In this document: in pieces, positions 42,101 to 52,678 of the stretch
Layout of the letters: each line of letters begins with the position of its first letter
Position numbering within the stretch: the first letter of the stretch is position 1
Assembly (NCBI RefSeq): GCF_022539665.2
Contig: NC_081331.1
Coordinates: 7,378,001-7,442,000 of the forward strand
DNA: 64,000 bases
Direction: 5' to 3'
Source: Daphnia carinata
Lineage: Eukaryota
Translations under genes and position numbers: made by a program
Notes under the pieces: model-generated
Told to the model about the DNA's origin: nothing
What the model saw: only the letters and a program-made list of their open reading frames with translations
Databases searched by the model: none

Positions 42101-45100
42101 ACAGACCAATATTTTACATTCCCATATTCGCTCCTCTTTTCACTCTTTTCTTTGGGCTGTTTTCCATACCAAAATTTCGTTGTCGTTGTTGTTTGAATTA
42201 CAACCGAACTCCTCCCTCCCCTCCTTTTTTTTTTATCCATGCCGATAAACAACGAGGTCCTCTTGCAGACCTTTTAAGCGAACCTAGTGAAAATGAGTTA
42301 TCCTCGTATGGGCACATTTTTTTTTGTTGTTGTTTATTTGTTGTTACGGCTGTCGAGCGGCGGATTTTGCAACCATTTATTGTGACAGGTTTGAAATTTT
42401 GTTTTTTTCATGTGCCAGGCTAATATAAACATCTATCACTGTTTGTCTGCCAACTATTAGAGCGCACCTGGCTAAAAGATTTTTGGCATCCTCGTCATTG
42501 TAAAATGGAGCATAACTTGGCAGAAGTATGTACCCGAAATCACAGGTAAAAGACCCACATGGCATTCATTAGAAACTATAAGACTATTGTGCTTAGCATC
42601 ATTAAACATAAAAGAAAACCAAAACGGTAGCCATTGTGTAACACTGGGTCACTCCCTGCCAATAAAGTAGTTTAGTAAAAAAAAAAATGTACGATTGTCG
42701 CCTGGGCGGGTGCTTGGGAGCAACAAAGAGAAAGATACCGCCCCCTCTTTCCTACCCCAACTGGGCGCCCCAACATGACAGGATGACCGACAGCGCATAA
42801 ACTAGTCGCCTGTGTCAGTCTGCTGTGCTTGCACAGCGTCATATATTTATATATACAATGTATATATACAATATGTGCAGTACACTTGTACAGGGCAGCC
42901 CTACAGCTGGCCATCCCCTCAAATAAAATATCAGGCAGAACGACCAATAGCAAATGGGTAGGCCCGGCCAATGGAACTGTATCTTTTATTCTTCCCCTTT
43001 GTTTGCCACCCTCGTTGGACTTTCCTGGTCCACTCGCCTGCACACTGGCCGTTCAGTCATTAAACGCAAACATTTTATCGCTTCCGCTTCCCGCTCCCAC
43101 CCTAAGTCTGTCCTCGGCCAACAAAAACTCGTTTTAGCTTGCTTTGAATTGCTCATCAGCAAATTGATTGTGTTTCGCACCTGTACGATACTTGCCATTG
43201 CCATTCCGTTTTTTTTTTTTTTTTTTTTTTCAAATATTATTTGCATTAGCGGAACGTTAGGCTTGTAGGTCTTCTCGTTGCCTTCCAGACGTCTGCAAGT
43301 CAAATATGACGTATCATATTTTGCTAGTACACTCGTACTTGACTTACTTTTGCTAGGATACCCTGGTGAAGTTCACGATCCGTACCACCTATTGCTTTTT
43401 GTATATACCTTGCATCAGCACTCAATTCGATTTCTACGTTTAATAGCTTTCCCGAGGTTACAATAGGACTTTTTGATCCGATTGGCTTCGCATGACTTAC
43501 TATGATTTCTGATCATAGAGCAAGAGCGGTTGGCAACTTCAAGACGAACTGCATACGGTGTACTACAAAATTTAACTATGTCGTCTATGTTGGTTCAAAG
43601 TAAAGTGTACTGCGCGATTTCAAAATTCCTCTTTGATTTTTGTTACATTTTGGAACATTTGTCATAAACAATGTCTACATAGGTTGACCGTGACATATGA
43701 CGTGGCCGTGGACTCTCTTGTATGTTTGTCGTTCTCGTGCACTTGGATTTTCTGAAACAGCTTTTTTCTTACATAAAATTTTACGCCATCGTGTGTGTTT
43801 TGTGCCTCTCCAATGGATAGCGCAGCAAAATAATCGCCTAACAAACATTGGTTGAAGATCGACGGAAAATGGTATACAAGAAGAAGGAGCTCAATCAAGT
43901 TCGAATTATACGAGGTCATCGGCGTGCAATCCAGTGTGATGCAGCCCGTGTGGTTGTGTTAAGAATCGCCCCCCTCTCCACCCATCGAGTTGCTAGACCT
44001 TTGCCTGCACAGGCTGAGTCATCATTAAGGCGTCCATTAGAACCGTTCGTAAAATTGGAGGCGGCTGGCAAAAATAACGAGAGTGGGGTCCCATTTCGTT
44101 TAGGCTAACGGACCATACAAATACACACTATGCAATCTTTAACAAGACGGCATTTAAAGAAGGGGAGGGGAGCATTTTTATTTCAATATTAATTCGAGGT
44201 TTTAATTTCAAACTTTCATTCTGCTGTTTGGACAAGGGGGCTCCATACATTATAAAAATGCTGAATAGCATTGCCATAGGCCTACGCCCATCACGTATGA
44301 AACGGTAAACCTAGTCGAAGGATTGAAAACAAGCGTAGTAGTTTGGAGCTATAACATTTCAGTATGTAGCGTTGCGCCACTATAGGCCGTCTGGCCACGT
44401 CATAGTACGTGATATGATTTAGACGGAGTGAAAAGAGTAAAAGACTTGTAGCCCCAAAGGGGGTCCGTGTTACAGCACGGCAGTCAGGCAGCAGCTTTTT
44501 TTGAAAGCAGCGAAAAAGGAAAAATTCAAAAATGCCGGTTCCAATTAAATTCATCGATCAATTTTTGAAACGCTTTGGACACGTTTGGATGGCCGAACCG
44601 TCGAGAGGGACGCACTCGATCTAGTGCAAAGAAGAGTGGAGGGGGGGGGGGGATTTTAATGGGACAAGGCGAAAGAACGAGAGAAAAAGAAAGAGTAAAA
44701 TAGTGGGAGACAGCGAGAAATCATCAGTTAAAAGCCTACTACTCGGAAGAGGAAAAACGGTGATAAGGATTTACAAATAAATATTGCACGCGCAGTTCTC
44801 CTCTCATCTGGGATATGCGGAGAGCTTGCCGTTTTAGGCCTATGGCGTCCTCACCACCCCATAGGCGTCCTAAGGGTGAGATCGACGGTGAGGAGAAGAA
44901 ATAAGGGAAAGGGGCGACCGAGCGTCGATAATTGCATCTAGTATGCAAATGACGGGCACCGGTGATAGACTTCGATCCCTCTGTCATGTTCTTGTGTCGC
45001 CTGCATCTATGCTGGCCATTTCCTCAATCCAACCTATATCCTATATGGACTCTTTCTTTTTTTTTCCCGGCCTTATCCACCCCTCCCTTCTTACATCATC

Positions 45101-45694
45101 CTTAGCCGAGTTTGTTTTTCGAACTTTATTTCAATTGATTTTTATTTTGTACGTTTAAATTTGAAAAAAAAAGTAGGCTGGCTAGCGGCCCCTGAGGGGA
45201 GAAGGGGATTGAACCAGCGAGGGAGGAACATCGGAAAGTATAGAGACAGAGAAAGGGGTGGATAGAAGATCAGGAAACTCGACGTCATTAGGGCCTAAGC
45301 TTGCTTTTTTTTCCCCTTCGCATTTTATTTTCGTTGACGGAAAAAAAGGTTCGACCCTGTCACCCAGCATTTTCTACCCAACTACCTACCCAACTTTAAA
45401 AACTTTTTCCTTATTTTTCTGTTTCGTATGCTGCTGCTGCTGCTCCGTCGTGCATCTATAAGTCATAAGTTTTTTTTCTTTTGCTTCTTCTCTTCACTGT
45501 TCGATCTTTTCCACTCCACTGCTGCCATGAGAAAGGGTCCCCGGATTACACCAACGACGGAGAAAGAAAGTTACAATGCGAAGAATGAATTAAACAGTGG
45601 ACTAGGGCGACTTGGCGTATCTTAACTTCAGATAGACTCACCGTAATAGTTATGGTTCAGTGTCTTCCAAATTATGGTTTTTTGTTTCCATAAA

Positions 45695-45708
45695 CTGACA
45701 TCTAGTGG
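45695..45708 (-). promoter_or_regulatory. CTCF-like insulator motif CCACTAGATGTCAG
   Basis: + strand ctgacatctagtgg; close match to the CTCF core CCRCYAGRKGKCRS; lies at the desert/CLASRP border. Confidence 0.5.
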
Positions 45709-46222
45709 GTTGCACTTTGATTTTGTCTCTCTCCCTTTTCATGTATGTGTTTTTACCTCGCCTTGCTTATTGATATAATTAATGTATTTTTAAAAAATTA
45801 ATAATTTTAATTTTCCGTTTCTGTAAACCAGTCCAATATGGCCAGAAATTATTACTCGTAATTAGCTAAAATAAGCTTACATCGCCAACTAATGGAATTG
45901 TATTACGACCATACCATTGCACATTGCTAATGAGATTGAAAACACGTGCAAAAATAAATGGAACACAAAGTTTGGTACTAATAAATTTGTTGGCCAACAA
46001 TGTCCAGTCAGTATCAGCAGCCAACAGGCCTTTAACGCATCATTCTAAGAAAAAATAATAATCATCCTATAGGAAGTGAAAATCATGTAGTTGTCTCAAC
46101 TGATATGTGTGTGACTAAGCTTGATTGAGAGTAGATATCCTTGATTAGTTTTTAATACATACCTTCTTAATATATACCTTTCAGTTTTTGGTTTTGGTTG
46201 CTTGATGGTGGTTCCTGAAGCA

Positions 46223-46237
46223 GTCGCTAGATGGCTC
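46223..46237 (+). promoter_or_regulatory. CTCF-like motif GTCGCTAGATGGCTC
   Basis: CGCTAGATGGC core, 0.5 kb from the previous motif and in opposite orientation. Confidence 0.4.
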
Positions 46238-47965
46238 ATGATATATAGAAAAACCTGTAAGAAACTTTGTCTGTTTCCTGTAAGTTATTCTACTGACTTG
46301 GCTCATTGGCTGCTCCTTCCATAAATTCGAATTGGGAAAGCGGCTGTCTGTGAGCCTTATCTATCCTTTTTTTTTAGTTTATGGATTAAATGTGTAAATT
46401 CAACTGACCTAAAACCACTGGAAAACAACCATGTCTCATCCTCATTTTTTTAAAAGGAAGGTGCAAAGAAATACTTTCTTGCTCGAAAGGTACACCATTA
46501 CGCACTTGGCTGCTGGATTGGTCTTTTTTAAGCTCCTTCGAACTGAAGAAAACTTTTCTTCAGTTACGTAACGGAGAAGCCAATTTATGTGTATGGTACA
46601 AATAGTGTGCTTGTTTCGGGAATAACAAGTTATTTGGCGAAATTAAAAAGAAATTTACCATCCGTTGGCATTAAACCTCTGGCTGTAAACTACATTCACT
46701 CAGATTGATGGATGGACTCATCAGCATATAAAATACTATGTTTCTCCTTTCCTAACCACTTTTCACCGGCTAGGCGTATCTCAAAGTATCTGTCAACCAC
46801 AAGTCAGCGATCGTTAACGCAATAGCCTTCAGCATTCCAACTCTATATGAGTAATTTACAAGACCTGTTGTGAGAGGCAATCAAGCAAGGAGCTTTCGAT
46901 TTGCGTTTGTAATTTAGCAATAAAGTTAATCCAAATAAATTTCGCTAGATCTTTTGCGGAATATTCTGTTAACAGCATGCTTTGTGCTGCTCACACCCAT
47001 GACTAAATGACATTTCGCATGCTTGTGCGGTTCATTAAGCATGACAAAATAAAAAAAAAAATGAAATAAAAGCAAAAAAAGTTAATCCATCAACCCAACG
47101 ATTTTAACTTACATTGTCACCGCAAGAACTCAGTTGTATGCTAAATGCATTTTGCATGATATTGCCCTTCATGTAAGCGCTATGCTTTGGTTTAAATTCA
47201 CCCAAACAACTCAAGCCTAGTGTTTTATGTCATACGTTTCCAGCTCTGTAATCAACATGAAAGTAGACTAAAAAACGAAATTCCATGTGTTTCAACTTGA
47301 GTTTGTTTAATTTTTTCTGCCAGCATTAGGCCATGGTCGCAGAACGATAAACGCAGATTTTTTTTTTACAAATTTTTCTTTTTCCATAAATTAATGAATC
47401 TTTTTTTTATTACCTTAGTGGGAGTCGGCAGCGTTTCTCTCCCGTATAGTTGAGAAATGTGAAAGTTACGTGATGTACGGTTAACTTATAAGTTTATATC
47501 AAAAGAAAATGATGTCGAAATATACACTAATACTCTCTGCTCAAGACAACAAAAAAGTTAAAATCCATTTTCGAATATGAGAGTGGCTCCTCTTTTCTTT
47601 TTTCGCACAGCTGTTAATGTAATATACCGGTCTGTTAGAAAGTAGGTCTGTCTCCACGGTAGAAAGGAAAGTTAGGATTTTTTTTTTGAAGTTTAAGGCC
47701 AGGTTTTTGCATGCATGTGATATTAGGTTTAGGTTTTTTTGTTTTTTAGTACCCGCGGGTTATAGTACTTACCTCATCCGCTCGGTGGCCAATGGCATCT
47801 CGTATTGCTGAGAGAAAAATTTTACAAATGATTAGTCTGCTGGGGTTTGACGGTTTTGATCTGACGGAAAGGTTATATACAAACTGTTCTTTGATGTGCA
47901 TCCCGTAAAACATATTTTTGGAAGTCCATAACAATAGCAAGAAAGATCAATTACCATAGATCAAT

Positions 47966-50900
47966 ATGTGGCACGAAGCGAGAAAGCAAGAGCGTCTTTT
48001 AAAGTCCATGTATGTTTCAAATGGCTATGGCATCCTTGACTTTCTAATTTTGAACTCAAATATTTTGCTCCTAGGATGGTAGATCACAGAAGAAGGGCAG
48101 AAAGGCGTCGAGAATATTACGAAAAAACTGTTAGTAAATTTAAAATTTAACTCTATATTAACTGATTGATGCTCAAGAATCATATTTGACAATCAACATG
48201 TTTTCAGAAAGGAGATCCAGCTCAGTTCCTTCAAGTTCATGGCCGGCCCATGAAAATCCATGTTGATCCTAGTATTGCAGCTATTGCAGACAGCCCTGCT
48301 ACCATGTGTGTAGACCTGATAGAGCTTAATTTTCATTTGGCAGTGAAATTATTATATCCTGCTGATTTTACCATAAATTGTTCAGTTATGTGAAGTAATT
48401 CTTTGTTACATGAACCTTTCACAGGATGCCATGGCAAGGTCAGCCAGATATCTTGATCGACCGGTTTGATGTTAGAGCCCATCTGGATTTTATCCCTTGC
48501 CGCCCAAAAAGAGATGACAGTGACACAGATCTTGGTCCCAGTGAAGAAGTGTGGGAAGAAAGACAAGCAAGCTATGAGAGATATAGAATTCTTGTGCAAA
48601 ATGAATTTATTGGAGGTAAACATTTAGAAAACTTATTCAGTGCGGTAAGGTGCTAGATTACTCTTTGATTTAAACAACAATAATTTATTTTTATCATTCA
48701 TGACATGCCAAGATTGTGTTCTAGAGTGAACTGTATTAGGGCAAATAGCTTATGCATCTTCCTGAAAAAGCTATGGATGTAGGAAGTCCTATCTTCTGCA
48801 ACTGATTCCGTGTAGTAGTGACTGGCAATAGGTGCTCCTTCAGCAAAACTCATTGCATGGAGTAATAGTAGCAAGATAAATTTTGACAGCAGTCTGCCCT
48901 GAAGAGATAAAGGAAGAATGCTGAAACATTGTTTTTTAAAGAAGAGAAGCGTTAAAAAAAGTTACCGTTTTCCTGAAATGAAGACCTTTTCTTATCTCCA
49001 TCGAGTAGCAATAATTGTAGTGGTAGCACAATAACAAAGTTTCATCAAGAATATCGATGAACAGATCAAAATATTTAGATCTTTTTTCGCTACTTGTTCG
49101 CTTTTTTCCAACAATTGTAACTGTTAGCACTTTTGAAATTGAATTGCATTACCGGAGAATAGATGATGCATCTATGCCTCCAGAACTTAGATTGACAGGA
49201 AAAATAGATAGGTATCCTCTTTAGAAAGTTTTGAACGGTAAAGTGTACGTTGGAAAACGTTCTTGGTGTCTCTTAGTCCCGTCCCTTCTTTGAGAATCAA
49301 ATCTCGCTCTCTCTGACTAACGAGGCAGATGGCGTTTTCACAACACAAGGCCGCGCGAACTTAAACCGCGTAGCTCGCTTTCTTGGAGACGAATGCATGC
49401 AACGATTCCTCTGTTTCTGACTAAGCCTTTTCTCCTTTAGCCTTGCCAATTGGTACGAAATAGCAACGATGGGGTGTTGACCAATCGACCTAGACAGGGC
49501 ATATGTATATGTAAAGAATCTTAGCAGGCACCCGAGGCATTCTTACTTTTGTTTTCTATGCTTTCTTTTTAGTAAACATTTTTTGTGTTATATGTACTAG
49601 TTTCAGAGGAAAAGTTTCTACATCAAATATTGCTTGAAGAGCAATTTGGACCAGTTCAAAAATTAGGCGAAGAAGAAAAGAAAAAAATGCTTGCTCCAAA
49701 GAAAGCTGCAATAGGATTTGTTTATGATGATTCTTCGCCATCATTATCGGCAGCTGCTGCTTCAACCTCGCATAATATTCCTTTGGTTCCTCCAGAAGCA
49801 ATTGAAGAAGATGAATCCGATAGTGACGTCGATCTAGGTAAGGCAAAATTTTAAATTTAAGCCAACTAAAATGAGTTCTCTTTTCTTTTGTGTACACCAT
49901 AGATTTGTCTATTGCCGTGGACAAACTGACCACTGAGCAAATGCATGAAGTCAATAAGTGTGCGCTTCATTATGGATTAGGACGGCAGGACTTCATGTCA
50001 CTACTCACTCGTGATTTGGATGAACAAGAATCATTACGAATTGCCAAGGAGGAAGAACAGGAGCGAGCGATGTATTCCGTAATATTGCACAGTTTTTTTT
50101 AATATACTTTCTAACCGTAATTTCTCGTAATCCCTTTAACTCGCATTCTAGGGAAGAAAAGCTAGGAAAGAGCGGCGGGCGTTCAGAGAACAAAAACTGC
50201 AAGCGTTGCTAATGAATCGATGTCTTAGTCCGCCAAGGTGAACACCTCATCATACAATTATTCTGTTCATCTTCCCGCATTTTGAAGTTCAAATACTTTA
50301 TGGTTTTATTTTGTTGGCACCCTTAGTTACGCTACTAGAGCAAGCCCAACTTATGATGGACAGTTTCGCCGTTCTAAATCAGTGTCAAAGTCACGGTCGC
50401 CCTCACCATTCGAAGGCGGAATCAAATTTATCACATCGTTTGGTGACGAAGATTCAGATCCTGGAGGAAAAACGATAAATTCTCGGTTTGCCAACAAAAC
50501 CCGCGATAAAGATTTATCAAGTAGCAGAAGATCATTAGGTTCCACAGCTTCCTCGGCTCGAGACAGAGGTGGCCGCCCTACAAGTAGTGGCCGTGAAGAA
50601 TCGAAAGTACAAGAAAGACGACGTTCTCGCTCGAGATCGGTAGGCCGTCGCGCTAGGTCTCCTGTATCCCACAGTTCGAGAGCAAAGAAAGAGAAAAAAC
50701 CCGAATATAATTATAAAACAGAGCGCTCTGGATCTCGCTCTCACAGAAGATCACGCTCACCACGTCATCGCCGCACTCGTTCGCGATCAAGGTCTCGCCG
50801 TCGTTCCCGTCATTCAAGATCACGCTCTCGCTCTTATTCTCCGCGAAGTAGCAGACGCCAAAGAAAGCGCTCATTTTCACGGTATGGGAATTTTTTACGA

Positions 50901-52028
50901 CATCACGATGTGAACCGTCTTGCTGAAACCAGTAACTTCTAAATTTTTTTAGAGAGCGCAGTCGGAGAAAATCACCGTCATCTTCCTCGAGGTCATCCTC
51001 TTCGCGGTCGTCATCGTCGCCTCCTTCAGTCCGATCCACTTCACCCATCCAACCAACTGTATCGTCCGCCCTGCCAACTCGAGAAATACGCCAAATTAGT
51101 CCACCCGAGATACCCAATCCACCTCCTGCCCCTCCATTTCGGCGTTATTATGGGCGCCAGAAAAGCGACTCTGATTTATCCCTTTCGGATACGGAGCTGA
51201 CGCCATCATCCAAGATTTCAGCGTCCTCGTATACAACGCCTAAGTATCTCGTCCGTTCGTTTGGTTTAAGAGAATTGGTTCTATCAGAAGTTTCTTTTGC
51301 AGGCCTTCTGTTTCCACCGTGACAGGTTCAAGTGGTAGAAGCACTGGTGCAACCAAAGTCAGTAAGATATTACTATCTGCAGTGTCACAGTTTATTACTA
51401 GGCAGTTTTTCGTGCCGTATGTGTGTCGTTTGTCATGGCTATTGCATAACTTTAGTTCCATAAAACGAAATCTTGCCCATTTGTACTGCTTAGTTATATT
51501 TTTAAATGTTGGAGCTATTCGATTCAAGTTTATAATAGGTTTATGATTATTTTTGTTTGACAGAATACGCTGACGCCTCAAGAACGCTTAAAGCGCAAGA
51601 TGCAGGCAGCTCTCAACAAACAATGTACGTTGTTATGACCGGTCATAAAATTCGTGCTGTCACTTAATCGGTTGTTCATGTTATTGTTGCAGACAAGGCG
51701 GATAAACGCGCAGAAAAGGAGAAACTACAAAAAGTGGAACAAGAAAGGTTCGAACATGTCGTTAACTACTTAAATGTAAATACTCATTAAAACAATTACC
51801 GTAAAACAAAAAGGGTGAATCGAGAGGAAGAAATGCGTGAATTGGCACTCCGACTACGTCGCAAGTACGTACAATATAACACAAAACAGTTTCATACCAA
51901 GTTCGTAATGTTTCTTTCCTTAACTAAATAGGGAGCGTATGCGCCGCCATGCTGCAAAAGGAGAATCTGGTTCTTCTAGCCCATCGTCTCGTTCACAGTC
52001 ACGCTCACCATCTCGTACGCCGTCGTAA
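47966..52028 (+). CDS. CLASRP: CLK4-associating serine/arginine-rich protein (SFRS16/SWAP2), 14 coding exons, ~683 aa
   Basis: Exons 47966-48009, 48075-48129, 48208-48305, 48425-48615, 49601-49837, 49903-50078, 50152-50237, 50327-50881, 50953-51243, 51303-51357, 51564-51624, 51693-51747, 51814-51864, 51932-52028. All GT-AG, total 2052 nt, in frame. Translation MWHEARKQER...MVDHRRRAERRREYYEK...DPAQFLQVHGR...MPWQGQPDILIDRFDVRAHLD...YERYRILVQNEF (DRY_EERY/SWAP domain), SPPSYA..SPTYD, long RS domain, LTPQERLKRKMQAALNKQYKADK. Confidence 0.95.
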
Positions 52029-52238
52029 GAGATAGCACTCTTATCCTGAACGGTATTAGTTATCTAGTTTTTTCTCGACAACTTGTGATAACAGCTGCAT
52101 TTGTTGTTAGGATGCAGACCAACGTTGGACAAATACATCATAATTTTTCTTGAGTTTCATATGCAATAATCTGATAAGGCACCTGATGGGACCTTAGAAA
52201 AATTTACCTAGGAACTCTAGTATAAAGTCTATTCGATC

Positions 52239-52256
52239 ATTAAAGGCAAATTTATT
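52239..52256. terminator. Back-to-back candidate poly(A) signals for convergent CLASRP and LRIG
   Basis: ATTAAA on + at 52239-52244 and AATAAA on - at 52251-52256, within the 650 bp between the two stop codons. Confidence 0.4.
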
Positions 52257-52678
52257 GACAACGTAATTCACAAAATTCAACGTGCGAGCATGATTCATCA
52301 CATAAAATACAATGGTTAAATTTCAGATACAGTCACTTCCGATATACTTAGCGGCCTGTTGAAATCAACGCAAAAGGCGGGACAATTAAAAGCTTTTCCG
52401 AACAAGATTTCATGAACAACGAGTTTCCACAGCAGCAACACATACCGCAGTATTTTTAACGATAATTTTCCAAGGCTACATTGCAGAACTGTTTGAAGCA
52501 CAAATTTTTTTTGATACAATCTTATACGATGAAGGTTGTAACACGACTAGGTTGATCGGTACATTTTTGCATACAACTTTAAATATGCACTAACGCCCAC
52601 TTGAACAAGGCCACAAATTATTCACAGATTTGGAGGGGGATGACATCTGGATTACGGGAGATGTTAATTACAGAAATT

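Noticed and set aside
45340..45370. GGTTCGACCC tRNA T-loop/B-box-like motif
   Set aside because: No A box, anticodon arm or cloverleaf; upstream is poly-T
46700..46725. Minus-strand CTGATGAGTCC (hammerhead core or C box) with a nearby CTGA
   Set aside because: No stem II closure plus GAAA, and box spacing does not fit a C/D snoRNA
7450..47700. Conserved miRNA hairpins, tal/pri-type LDPTGxY smORFs and intact transposon ORFs in the desert
   Set aside because: None recognised by eye; a computational scan is needed to exclude them
51865..51931. U12-type branch sequence TTCCTTAAC in the last CLASRP intron
   Set aside because: Donor is U2-type GTACGT rather than RTATCCTT; at most a relic or chance
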